Below, piece by piece: positions 1 through 10,139 of a DNA stretch of 64,000 nt. The stretch is from an uncultured delta proteobacterium. Lineage in GTDB: Bacteria > Myxococcota_A > Polyangia > Haliangiales > Haliangiaceae. Below the pieces are notes generated by a model. The model made no database searches. It had not been told where the DNA came from and worked only from the letters and a program-made list of their open reading frames with translations. How positions within the stretch are numbered: position 1 is the stretch's first letter; each line of letters opens with the position of its first letter. The DNA lies in the NCBI GenBank assembly GCA_963848295.1, contig CAWKDB010000002.1:672001-736000 (forward strand), in the 5' to 3' direction. The translations under genes were made by a program, and so were the position numbers.

Positions 1-457
1 CACCTCCCAGCGCGCCTTGACGCCATGCCATGAGGTGTTCTTCGAGAACGATCTGCGCCTGGACATGATCGTCGAGGCGCGCGAGCTCGAGATACAGCGC
101 GCGCTCGGTCGGGTCCGCGCCGGCGCGGGCCTGGTACTCGGTGCCCGCGACGGACCGAATGTGATCGATCAGCGCGATGACCGCGAGATGGTCCGCGTGC
201 ATCCCATCGCGGATGCGCGTCGTGACCGAGGCCGCGGCCCGATGCGCGAGGAGCGCCTCCTCGCGGTCGAGGTGGCCGAGCAGAAGGGGTTGAAGCTCGA
301 CGATCGAGCGCGCGAGCTCGCGGGTGGTGTGATCGCCACGACGGCGTGCAGCCGCGATCGCCATCGGCACGACGAACGGCAGGCGCGCCCACACGTAGTC
401 GTGATGGTTCGCGACCGCATCGTCGAGCAACGTCGGCGGCGCGACCACGGCGCTCAT
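1..457 (-). CDS. Hemerythrin-like (RIC C-terminal-like) protein, runs off the left edge
   Basis: Not in the ORF track. ATG at 457 overlaps the ric stop (ATGA). Reads MSAVVAPPTLLDDAVANHHDYVWARLP...GHLDREE...MHADH...DHVQAQIVLEEH, with His/Glu spacing like the RIC di-iron domain. Confidence 0.7.
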   Translation of the reverse strand, partial: MSAVVAPPTLLDDAVANHHDYVWARLPFVVPMAIAAARRRGDHTTRELARSIVELQPLLLGHLDREEALLAHRAAASVTTRIRDGMHADHLAVIALIDHIRSVAGTEYQARAGADPTERALYLELARLDDHVQAQIVLEEHLMAWRQGALGG

Positions 458-1125
458 ACGGTCCCGCGGGTAGCGCGCGAGAACAGGATGTTGTTCTCGA
501 GATGGATGTGCTGCATCAGCTCGGACTCGACGGTCTCGAGGCCGTGGTAGAGCGCCGTCCAGGTCGCGCACGCGTGCGCCGGCAGCCGCAGGTCATCCGT
601 GAGTTCGCGGATCTTCACGAGCTGTTCGCGATGCGAGTCGTGCTCGCCTTCCATCACCCGGACCGGCATATAGACCGCCTCCCCGCGCTCACCGCGGCGG
701 ATCATCGGGAACAGGATCTTCTCCTCCTTGCCCATGTGGCTCTGCATCTCGGCGAAGAACTCGGTCAGCACGTCCGCGAGTCCCGATGGAACGCCCGGCT
801 TGGTCGCGTGGACTCGCTCCACCTTGCGTGCCGCTTCGATCAGCGGAGGCAGGTCGCGGCGGAGGCCGGCGTGGTAGTGACCCTCGATGTGATCGGCGAG
901 CTCGGTCTGCGACCGGCTCTCCCAACGCGTGGCTGAGTCGCCTCGCGTGGCCTCCTGCTCGAGCTCGGCCGCGATCTCCGCCGGATTCAGGCCGGCGCGC
1001 TCGCATGCCTCCGCCAGCGTGCGGCGGCCACCGCAACAGAAGTCGAGGCGGTGTCGCAGGAAGACGCGAGTCGCCGACGGATTCGCGGCTGCAAGCTCTC
1101 CGAGGGGGGTTGTCATCGGCTGCAT
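454..1125 (-). CDS. ric: Iron-sulfur cluster repair di-iron protein (RIC/YtfE/ScdA)
   Basis: DFCCGG N-terminal motif; HMGKEEKILFP, EH and HIHLENNILF di-iron motifs. Confidence 0.95.
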   Translation of the reverse strand: MQPMTTPLGELAAANPSATRVFLRHRLDFCCGGRRTLAEACERAGLNPAEIAAELEQEATRGDSATRWESRSQTELADHIEGHYHAGLRRDLPPLIEAARKVERVHATKPGVPSGLADVLTEFFAEMQSHMGKEEKILFPMIRRGERGEAVYMPVRVMEGEHDSHREQLVKIRELTDDLRLPAHACATWTALYHGLETVESELMQHIHLENNILFSRATRGTV

Positions 1126-1137
1126 GACGACGTCTTT

Positions 1138-1153
1138 TGCATGACCGACTCCA
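1138..1153 (-). promoter_or_regulatory. Sigma54 -24/-12 promoter for ric
   Basis: Minus strand TGG-AGTCGGTCAT-GCA (GG-N10-GC) just upstream of the ric ATG, next to a sigma54 activator gene. Confidence 0.7.
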
Positions 1154-1183
1154 CTGCTAACCCCTCGTGATCAGGGGGGACGA

Positions 1184-1237
1184 GTGAGCGCGACAACACG
1201 CCTCGTTGTGGTCCGCACAACACGTTGTACGAATCAC
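1184..1237. promoter_or_regulatory. Three NorR-binding boxes (GT-N7-AC)
   Basis: GTGAGCGCGAC 1184-1194; GTGGTCCGCAC 1208-1218 (inside palindrome GTTGTG-GTCCG-CACAAC); GTACGAATCAC 1227-1237. Confidence 0.8.
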
Positions 1238-1239
1238 CT

Positions 1240-2795
<1,556 letters not shown>

Positions 2796-2832
2796 CCGCG
2801 CCAGGCACGCGCCTTGCGTTGACGGGATGGTG

Positions 2833-3675
2833 ATGTCCGCACGTCCGCCTCGCGCCCGGTCGCTGTGGCCTCGAGAGCATGGTGCCTACATCCAGTTGCT
2901 CGTTCCGCTCGTCACGTCGTTGCTCGCGACGGGGGCAACCCGGCCGGGAGTCATGCTCGCGCTCGGTGCGGCATTCGCATTCCTGGCGAGCGAGCCGCTC
3001 AGGGTCACGCTCGGCGGACGCGGACCGCGATTGCAGAAGGTGGCCGGTGCGCGAGCGCGGTCGCGGTTCGCGCTGCTGGGCACGATAGCGGTGATCGCAG
3101 GCGGGACGGGCCTCGCGCTCGCGCCCAGGCCCACCTTCTGGCTGTCCGTGGGGCTCGCGCCAGTGATCGGCTTCGTGATGATCGCGTCGTGCCGCGGGAC
3201 CGTCCAGACGGTGGTTGGCGAGTGCGTCGCGGCTATCGCGCTCGCCGGGGCAGCGGCGCCGGTGGCGGTGGCCGGGGGAATGAACCTCCGCGATGCGCTG
3301 GTGATCTGGTCCGCATGGTCGCTGGCCTACGCGGCGACGGTGATCGTCGTGCACCACGTGATCGCGCATCACCGACGGGCGAGCTCGCTGGCCAATGCCG
3401 GGTCCGGACTTGCGGTGGTCCTCCTCTGCGGAACCCTCGCCGCATGGATCACGGCATTCCCCTTGGCGTCGTTCGCGATTCCGCTGGCGATCGCCGCGGT
3501 GCTGGTGCTCATCTGGGCGCCACGCGCGACACACTTGCGCGCCATCGGAGTCTCGTTCCTGGTGAGCTCGGTCGTCGCCGCGCTGTGCGCGATCACGACC
3601 CTGCGTCGTTCGGCTCGAGACAACGAGCTCGAGGATTCCTTCCGCGCCGCGATGGCCGCGCACCATCCCCGCTGA
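2833..3675 (+). CDS. YwiC-like membrane protein
   Basis: N-terminal PREHGAY motif followed by several hydrophobic helices. Confidence 0.75.
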   Translation: MSARPPRARSLWPREHGAYIQLLVPLVTSLLATGATRPGVMLALGAAFAFLASEPLRVTLGGRGPRLQKVAGARARSRFALLGTIAVIAGGTGLALAPRPTFWLSVGLAPVIGFVMIASCRGTVQTVVGECVAAIALAGAAAPVAVAGGMNLRDALVIWSAWSLAYAATVIVVHHVIAHHRRASSLANAGSGLAVVLLCGTLAAWITAFPLASFAIPLAIAAVLVLIWAPRATHLRAIGVSFLVSSVVAALCAITTLRRSARDNELEDSFRAAMAAHHPR

Positions 3676-3717
3676 TGGGTCCTGTCGCCGCTTGCTGGCC
3701 GCTCGCAACGTGACGCT

Positions 3718-4191
3718 TCAGGCCGGCTCGGTACTCGCGCGATGGAACTCGACGAAGAACCGCACCTCGCCCTCCGGTACGACGCGATGCAGGACCTCGG
3801 GTACGACGATCCCCGGCACGCCGGGCTCGAGGAGTCGCTCGCAGGCCAACGGCGGTTCGACGATGTAGCGCAACCGACCGGCGAGCACGTGGATCACGCC
3901 CCAGACACCGGGCTTCGTCGAATGATCCTTTCTCAGCCCGTCCGGGATCGAGAGCTGATCGAAATCGCGCGTGCGCTTGTAGGGCACGTGGCGCGCGGGC
4001 AGCTCGAAGCGATCGCAGAGGACGCACGGCAGCTCGACGCCGACTTTCTCGGCGCGACCCTCGGGCGTCAGCACCCACTCGCGAACCCAGAACGGAGGGC
4101 GGTGGCGAACGTGCTGGCCGTGGCCACACCGCAGCTCGGCCACCCAGTCACCGACCTCGTCCTGATGAAACCCGTCGATCACGCGCAACAT
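3718..4191 (-). CDS. DUF3565 (Cys/His) domain fused to a DUF1971/TehB-N-like cupin
   Basis: GFHQDEVGDWVAELRCGHGQHVRHRPP...CVLCD, then HSTKPGVWGVIHVLAGRLRY. ATG at 4191 lies 2 bp after the kynA stop. Confidence 0.75.
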   Translation of the reverse strand: MLRVIDGFHQDEVGDWVAELRCGHGQHVRHRPPFWVREWVLTPEGRAEKVGVELPCVLCDRFELPARHVPYKRTRDFDQLSIPDGLRKDHSTKPGVWGVIHVLAGRLRYIVEPPLACERLLEPGVPGIVVPEVLHRVVPEGEVRFFVEFHRASTEPA

Positions 4192-4193
4192 GC

Positions 4194-5048
4194 TCAAGGC
4201 TTCCCCGGCGACGCGATCAGGGTCCGGACCTCCCACAGCTCGGGAAAGAACGTGAGGTCGAGCGCCTTCTTCAGAAAGCCAACCCCCGAGCTTCCGCCGG
4301 TGCCGGGCGCGAACCCGATGATGCGCTTGACGGTGGTCATGTGGCGGAAGCGCCAGAGCTGGAAGCGCTCCTCGACGTCGACGAGCTTCTCGCACATGTC
4401 GTAGGCGTCGTAGTTGCGCGCCGGGTCGGCGTAGATCGTGCGAACCACTTCGAGCACGCCGGCGCTCGACTCGTAGGGCTGGGTGAAGTCCCTCGCGAGG
4501 CGGTCGGCCGGGACCGCGTGGCCATGGCGAGCGAGCCAGCTCAGGAACTCGTCGTACAGCGAGGGCGACGCGAGCCGGGCCATGAGCTCGGCGTGAATGC
4601 GCGGGTCGTGCCGGTGCGGCTTGAGCGCGTTCGCGTCCTTGTTCCCGAGGACGAACTCGAGCGCGCGGTACTGGTAGCTCTGGAAGCCGCTCGCCTTGCC
4701 GAGCGCGTCGCGAAACTGCGCGTACTCGCTGGGCGTCATCGTCTCGAGGACCGCCCACTGCTCGAACAGCATCCGCTGGATGTGCGCGACGCGCGCGAAG
4801 ATCTTGAACGACTCCGCGAGCCGGTCGGTGCGCACCAGGGTCGCCGCGCAGTCGAGCTCGTGGAGGAGGAGCTTGATCCACAGCTCGCTGGTGTGGTGCT
4901 GGATGATGAACAGCATCTCGTCGTGCACCGTGGTTAGCGGTCGCTGCGCGGCCAGCAGCTCGTCGAGGTGCAAGTAGTCGCCGTACGTCCCGCCCTTGTA
5001 GAGCTCGATGTGGATGCCGGTCTCCAGCTCGCGACGGTTCTCGCTCAT
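4194..5048 (-). CDS. kynA: Tryptophan 2,3-dioxygenase
   Basis: YGDYLHLDELL, HDEMLFIIQHHTSELW, SGFQSYQYR, WRFRH, GTGGSSG. Confidence 0.95.
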   Translation of the reverse strand: MSENRRELETGIHIELYKGGTYGDYLHLDELLAAQRPLTTVHDEMLFIIQHHTSELWIKLLLHELDCAATLVRTDRLAESFKIFARVAHIQRMLFEQWAVLETMTPSEYAQFRDALGKASGFQSYQYRALEFVLGNKDANALKPHRHDPRIHAELMARLASPSLYDEFLSWLARHGHAVPADRLARDFTQPYESSAGVLEVVRTIYADPARNYDAYDMCEKLVDVEERFQLWRFRHMTTVKRIIGFAPGTGGSSGVGFLKKALDLTFFPELWEVRTLIASPGKP

Positions 5049-5173
5049 TCGCTCCAGCCGATGCTGGTTCCAGGCCAGCCCACGGAGTTGGATGGATGCC
5101 CAGCCGAGCTTGCAGCCTGCCCCGCAGGAACCATCTTCGCGAACGCCGACGATCTCTCCGAGCTGCTCGTCGA

Positions 5174-6070
5174 CTACCTGCGCGAAGCGAGGTCCGGTGT
5201 GGCGATCATCTCACGGGCGAGCTGCAGCGCCGAGTGCGGCTTCGTGGTCGGCGCGCACCGCGCCAGGATCACCTTCCAGCCGTTCCGCGCGCTCGCCGCC
5301 TCCGCGACGATGCTCGCCACCTCGGCCGAATCCACGCGCTCTGCCGAGATCCGGCGCTTCGAGCCGTACTCGGCCGCCAGTGCTCGGCGCTCGGCCGGGT
5401 TCCTCGCGCGCGTGACGATGCGCGCGTACGCCTCGCACGAGTAGGCGAAGGTCTCGCGCTTCCGGAACTCGATGTCGAGCAGCCACTCCTTGGTGCGCGT
5501 CTCGCGGAGTCTGATCGTCCGTCGCTTGCAGTTGTGGAAGATGTGCGCGGCCTCGTGGACGATGAAGTCGGCGAACGGATCGCCTTCGGCGAAGTAGTCC
5601 GGAGAGACGTAGCAGGTGGTCTCCTCACTCATCCCGACGATGCGCGCGGCCTTCTTGCCCAGCAACTTCGCGCCAACACTGAGCAGATACATGTTCGCGA
5701 TGTCCCACCTGGAGTGATCCCACATGTGATTCAGAAGGATCGACTCGATCGTTTCGCTCGTGACGTAGACGACGGACTTCTCGAACGTCGCGAGCACGAT
5801 GTCCTGCTCGGCGCGCGCGAAGAGCCCGCGCACCATCGGCTCGACCTTGGCGCGCGTGAGCTCGATGCCGACGTTCGCGGGCACCGGCTCGTGGGAGTGT
5901 CCCTTCGCGAGACGACGAACCGCATCGACGAGCGCGCCGCGAAGATCTGCGTCCTGAAGCCGTCCGCGCTCCATGAAGTCGCCCGGCCACGCTCGGGCAT
6001 CCATATCGCTGTCCCCGGTACGGAGGTAGCGCTTGATCTCGTCAGCAATGTTCGGCGTAGGTTTAGGCAT
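5174..6070 (-). CDS. Hypothetical protein with HEXXH motif
   Basis: Protein-like ORF from MPKPTPN, containing FIVHEAAHIFHNCKR. Confidence 0.7.
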   Translation of the reverse strand: MPKPTPNIADEIKRYLRTGDSDMDARAWPGDFMERGRLQDADLRGALVDAVRRLAKGHSHEPVPANVGIELTRAKVEPMVRGLFARAEQDIVLATFEKSVVYVTSETIESILLNHMWDHSRWDIANMYLLSVGAKLLGKKAARIVGMSEETTCYVSPDYFAEGDPFADFIVHEAAHIFHNCKRRTIRLRETRTKEWLLDIEFRKRETFAYSCEAYARIVTRARNPAERRALAAEYGSKRRISAERVDSAEVASIVAEAASARNGWKVILARCAPTTKPHSALQLAREMIATPDLASRR

Positions 6071-6160
6071 CGTTTCTTGCCGTCGCTCGGGGTGGCGCCT
6101 CGGCAGTCGTCGAGCTGCCTGTCGTGGTCTCGCGTTGGGATTCGTAAACGATCGCCGAGC

Positions 6161-6185
6161 GAATTTGCAGCAGCTGCTGCAAGAT
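6161..6185. repeat. Perfect 18-bp palindrome TTGCAGCAGCTGCTGCAA (DUF1016-type element)
   Basis: Palindrome at 6165-6182; near-identical to 11487-11513 inside the DUF1016 pseudogene. Confidence 0.85.
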
Positions 6186-6253
6186 TGGTGATGGAGTCCG
6201 CAGCTGATCGCGAGCACCGACACCGGGAATTCATAGACGGACCGAGCCCGGCA

Positions 6254-6279
6254 ATCGGGCAACGACCGTTGCACAATTG
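6254..6279. repeat. DUF1016-type palindromic element
   Basis: ATCGGGCAACGACCGTTGCACAATTG, with core GCAACG-AC-CGTTGC. Confidence 0.65.
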
Positions 6280-6354
6280 CCGATTCTTTCTCCGGGGGCC
6301 GGGGACAATGTGCCCGGCGTTGCGATCGGCGACGTGGCGCGGCAACCTGCTTCC

Positions 6355-6981
6355 GTGACAATCAACGTCGACACGCCACTCACCGATGACGAGCTCGACC
6401 TGCTCGAGGAGCGGGGGCTCGACGTCCACCACGCTCTCGGCGTGATCCACGCCGTTGGCGTCGCGCCCGGCATGATCCCAACCCCGCAGTGGCTGCCGCT
6501 CGCGTTTGGGGACGCGCCACCAGATCAGACCACGATCGGGCTCGTGCTTCGCCTGTACAACGCGGTCCTCGGCATGCTCTCCAAAGGTCGGGAAGTCATG
6601 ATTCCCGAGGCGGACGACGAGGCTGCTTGCATCGCGTTCGCCTCCGGCTATGTGGCCGCTGCGACACTCGACCCGGCATGGGTCGGACACACCGCGCGGT
6701 GGACGTTCGCCGCGCCGCTCGCGTTTCTCGCCGAGCGCCATGACCTGGTCCCGGCTGGATTCCTCGCCGAGGTTCCGGATCAGCAGGAAGCACGCAAGGT
6801 CGCCCTCCGAGATCTCGGCAAGCTGGTCTACGCGGCCTATCAAAGCTTCGCGAAGGATCGCCTCGCGACGGCCCACGCCGCGCATGCCCGCGCGACCACG
6901 GCACGCGTCGGGCGCAACGAGCCTTGCCCGTGCGGGTCGGGCAAGAAATACAAGCGCTGTTGCATCGAACGAACAACGTGA
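6355..6981 (+). CDS. YecA/UPF0149 family protein with C-terminal SEC-C motif
   Basis: PLTDDELDLLE N-terminus; VGRNEPCPCGSGKKYKRCC. GTG start is approximate. Confidence 0.85.
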   Translation: MTINVDTPLTDDELDLLEERGLDVHHALGVIHAVGVAPGMIPTPQWLPLAFGDAPPDQTTIGLVLRLYNAVLGMLSKGREVMIPEADDEAACIAFASGYVAAATLDPAWVGHTARWTFAAPLAFLAERHDLVPAGFLAEVPDQQEARKVALRDLGKLVYAAYQSFAKDRLATAHAAHARATTARVGRNEPCPCGSGKKYKRCCIERTT

Positions 6982-7013
6982 TCGTTCACGACGGGTTGCC
7001 TCGAGCTGGTCGA

Positions 7014-8198
7014 TCACTTCTTCCGATGGCCGACCTTCGTGCCGGCCGCCTTGGGCTTCGCAGCACGGCGCGTCTCGATGGCGTGGATCGTCTTCTCGAT
7101 CTCCGCGACCAGGACTGGCTCCTTCGGCAACACGGTGCGGTACTCCGCGGCCAGCACTTTGTTCGGCAGGTTCTCGAGCGTGTAGTGCGCGACAGCGCTG
7201 TCCCTCTCGGCGCACAGGATCAGCCCGACCGGTGGGTTCTCGCCCTCGACCATCCAGTGCTCCCGCGCGTAGTTCAGGTAGAGGTGCATCTGGCCGGCGT
7301 CCGCGTGCGTGAGCTTGTCGAGCTTCAGGTCGATGATGACGAGGCAGCGAAGGCGCCGGTGGAAGAACAGCAGATCGATCCGGTACCACGCGTCGCCGAC
7401 ACGCAGCCGTCGCTGGCGCCCCACGAACGTGAAGTCGCCGCCGAGCTCGAGGAGGAATGACTCCAGCTTGGCGATCAGCGCGGACTCGAGGTCGTTCTCG
7501 GAGTACTCGTCCTTGAGGTTCAAGAACTCGAAGAAGAACGGATCCTTGATCTCCTCCTCGGCAGTTATCACGTCATCGGGCATCTGCTCCTGGCCCTTGC
7601 GCAGCATCGCTGCCTTGTTCTTCGAGAGCGCGGTGCGCTCGTAGAACTGGCTGCCGATCTGCCGGTCGAGCTGGCGGACGGTCCAGCCGCCGCGTAGCGC
7701 CTCGGCTTCGTAGAACCGCTGCGCCTCGGGGTTTCGAACCGAGAGCAGACGCACGTAACACGACCAGGGCAGCGGGAAGTGTCCCGCAACGTGGGCCAGC
7801 TCGTTCAGGCCGGCGAATTTTGCAGACACCGTCTGCAATTTCTGGAGTGCCGGCTCGGACCGCGATTCTGCAGACGCTGTCTGCAAAGTCTCGTCTCGAT
7901 GCGCGAGGTAGAAGGCGCGCATGTTGAACACGTTCCGCTGACCGAATCCGCGGCCAAACCGGGACGCGAGGTCCACGGCGAGGCGAGCGACCAGCACGTC
8001 GCCGTAGTCGGCGCGCGCCTTGCCATGCTGCTCCTCCTCGACGATGCGTCGCCCGACCGCCCAGTAGGTCATCGTGATGACGGCATTCGACGTACGAACG
8101 ACCGCGCGCCGGCCGGCATCGATCAACGCGACGACGTCCGCGAGCATCGCATCGTAGCCCGGCGCGACTCTCACGAGACTGGTCTTCTTGCGGGTCAC
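7014..8198 (-). CDS. DUF1016/YhcG family PD-(D/E)XK nuclease
   Basis: YWAVGRRIVEEEQHG, GWTVRQLDRQI, IKDPFFFEFL, FLLELGGDFTFVGRQ, IDLKL...DAGQM. GGAGG RBS precedes the GTG at 8198. Confidence 0.92.
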   Translation of the reverse strand: MTRKKTSLVRVAPGYDAMLADVVALIDAGRRAVVRTSNAVITMTYWAVGRRIVEEEQHGKARADYGDVLVARLAVDLASRFGRGFGQRNVFNMRAFYLAHRDETLQTASAESRSEPALQKLQTVSAKFAGLNELAHVAGHFPLPWSCYVRLLSVRNPEAQRFYEAEALRGGWTVRQLDRQIGSQFYERTALSKNKAAMLRKGQEQMPDDVITAEEEIKDPFFFEFLNLKDEYSENDLESALIAKLESFLLELGGDFTFVGRQRRLRVGDAWYRIDLLFFHRRLRCLVIIDLKLDKLTHADAGQMHLYLNYAREHWMVEGENPPVGLILCAERDSAVAHYTLENLPNKVLAAEYRTVLPKEPVLVAEIEKTIHAIETRRAAKPKAAGTKVGHRKK

Positions 8199-8209
8199 GA
8201 CGCCTCCGG

Positions 8210-8236
8210 CAATTGCGCAAGCGGCGCGTGCGCGAT
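8210..8236. repeat. DUF1016-type palindromic element immediately upstream of the DUF1016 RBS
   Basis: AATTGCGCA-N9-TGCGCGATT; minus strand reads ATC GCG CAC GCG CCG CTT GCG CAA TTG. Confidence 0.7.
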
Positions 8237-8293
8237 TGGACGTCGAGCCAGGGTGCGCGTCGACTTGCTTGTCCTCTTTCGAGTTGTCGCCAT

Positions 8294-9070
8294 CTAGCTC
8301 GCCTCCTCGCCCAAGCGCACGAGCACTTCCCAGCGCAGGCCGCGAGGGTCGAAGCCGTACGCGGTCACACGGTACTCGCCTGCCCCGACGCGCGCCACGA
8401 GGTCGGCGAGCGCGACCGAACCCGACACATTGAAGCCGCCCAGCTCGGTGAGGTTGCGATACTCGACGAAGCCGTTCGCGTTGTTCTCGTCGGGGATCAT
8501 GAAGTCGCCCTGCATGCGCGCGACGCTGAGACGCGTCGACTGCTTCTCCGGCAACGACATGAGCAGCTGGGACAGTTGTACGGGCGTGACGCGCCGGACG
8601 ACATCCCGAGGGTCGTGGAGCGGCGGTAGCGCGGGCTCGGGACGCTGCAGCTCGCCCGACCACAGGCCGACCAGCCACGTGTGGTAGAGGTCGCGGACGT
8701 CTTCCGGCGGTACGCGCAGCGCGATCACGATCTCGGCAAGCGAGTGGCGCTGCTCGAGACGCTCGAACACGAGCGCCGCGAGCTCGCCCTTCGAGAGCTG
8801 CGCGGCGTTCACCACGGCTTGCTGCGCGTTCCGCGGCGACCGGTGCTCCGCTACCAGCTCCTTCGCAAGCCGCTCGACATCGGACGCCTTGAAGCGGCGC
8901 ACGCTGTTCGCGTCGATCGTCGGGTGCAGACGCGTGCCTTCGAAGCGGCGCACGGTCGAGATGCTGACGTCTAGGCGCTTGGCAACGTCATCGCGGGTCA
9001 ATGCTGCCAAAGACGGCCCGTCGTCGCCCTGTTTTGCGTCTAAACGCTTGGCTTTCTCGCGCTTCGGCAC
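8294..9070 (-). CDS. Helix-turn-helix (MerR/excisionase-like) DNA-binding protein with uncharacterised C-terminus
   Basis: LTRDDVAKRLDVSISTVRRFEG...RRFKASDVERL. Start uncertain (GTG at 9070). Confidence 0.65.
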   Translation of the reverse strand: MPKREKAKRLDAKQGDDGPSLAALTRDDVAKRLDVSISTVRRFEGTRLHPTIDANSVRRFKASDVERLAKELVAEHRSPRNAQQAVVNAAQLSKGELAALVFERLEQRHSLAEIVIALRVPPEDVRDLYHTWLVGLWSGELQRPEPALPPLHDPRDVVRRVTPVQLSQLLMSLPEKQSTRLSVARMQGDFMIPDENNANGFVEYRNLTELGGFNVSGSVALADLVARVGAGEYRVTAYGFDPRGLRWEVLVRLGEEAS

Positions 9071-9144
9071 CCCAAAACCATACCCTAACCCTCTGATCTT
9101 TAGACCATCCGGAAAGCGCGGAGAAATGCACGACCATGTCAAAA

Positions 9145-9253
9145 ACAGACTAAAAGTCTGTCTGTCATCAGCCTGTCAAGCCTGGCAGACAGACCATTGC
9201 CTGACGCGTGACACCTCGTGGCAGGCAAATCCGTTCTACACCGGTTGTACACC
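9145..9253. repeat. Cluster of inverted and direct repeats in a lower-GC intergenic stretch (att-arm-like)
   Basis: ACAGAC-TAAAA-GTCTGT 9145-9161; GTCTGTCTGTCA/TGGCAGACAGAC inverted repeat at 9156-9167 and 9183-9194; tandem TACACC at 9237-9253. Confidence 0.6.
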
Positions 9254-9632
9254 CGGCCTTTTTCAGTGATCTTGCCAGCCTCGGCGACTGCTCACGTGTT
9301 CAGTGGACCTACGTGTCACAAGATCTCCAAGAATCACGAGTTATTACAGGTATTTCGGCAACTACCTCTTCGAGTGGTGCGTGTGGCTGGGCTATGCCGT
9401 GTATGGAATCGCGTTCGCGCCGTGGGGGCTCGTCGCGCTCGTGCCGCAGCTGATCATCCTCGCGAGCATCTGGGGCGTCACCGGCATTCCACCGACGGAG
9501 GCGCAGTCATTGCGCTCGCGCGGTGATGCGTATCGCGAGTACCAGAAGCGCGTGTCGAAGTTCGTCCCGTGGCCGTCGAAGCGCCGGTAGCGCGGCGTCT
9601 GGTTTTCGGACAATTTTGCGTTCTACACCGGT
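9232..9632 (+). repeat. 14-bp direct repeat CGTTCTACACCGGT flanking the DUF1295 fragment
   Basis: Exact copies at 9232-9245 and 9619-9632. Confidence 0.8.
9360..9590 (+). pseudogene. 3' fragment of a DUF1295 (steroid 5-alpha-reductase-like) gene
   Basis: NYLFEWCVWLG...VTGIPPTEAQSLRSRGDAYREYQKRVSKFVPW. Similarity starts abruptly at the NYxFEW motif with no 5' part. Confidence 0.8.
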
Positions 9633-9747
9633 CTATCAGACCCCTGTCATTGGCTCCGGTGCCATGATCAAGGATGCACGTTGTCACGGACGGAACGAAA
9701 TCCTTCCAGGTCTACGGTCGTGCTCTTGTTCGCCGTTGGCCTTGCGT

Positions 9748-9779
9748 CTAACCATTCGGTTAGGTAACCATCTGGTGAG
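9748..9779. promoter_or_regulatory. Tandem ArsR operator-like palindromes
   Basis: CTAACC-ATTC-GGTTAG, then an imperfect GTAACCATCTGGTGAG, directly before the ArsR ATG. Confidence 0.65.
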
Positions 9780-10139
9780 ATGCAAGCCGACGCGTTGAGC
9801 CAGACGTTCGCCGCGCTCGCCGATCCGACCCGCCGCGCGATCTTGAAACGGCTGGCTGCGGGACCCGCGAACGTGAAGGAGCTGTCGCGACCGTTCGACA
9901 TGAGCGGTCCGGCGGTGTGCAAGCACCTGCGCGTCCTCGAGCGTGTGGGCCTGGTCCGGCGCCGTCGAGAAGCGCAGTCGCGCCCGCGCGAGCTCGATCC
10001 CGCGCCGCTCAAGGAGATCGCCGCGTGGACCGACGCGTACCGCGAGCTTTGGGACGCCAGCTTCGATCGGCTGGGTGCTTATCTGAAACAACTGCAGCAA
10101 CCCACCGGAGGGCGCCGTGCGCGTCGCCGTAAGCGCTGA
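9780..10139 (+). CDS. ArsR/SmtB family transcriptional regulator
   Basis: FAALADPTRRAIL...KHLRVLERVGLV. Confidence 0.92.
   Translation: MQADALSQTFAALADPTRRAILKRLAAGPANVKELSRPFDMSGPAVCKHLRVLERVGLVRRRREAQSRPRELDPAPLKEIAAWTDAYRELWDASFDRLGAYLKQLQQPTGGRRARRRKR

Noticed and set aside
9145..9260. Short repeats considered as a CRISPR array
   Set aside because: No constant repeat-spacer periodicity and no cas genes.
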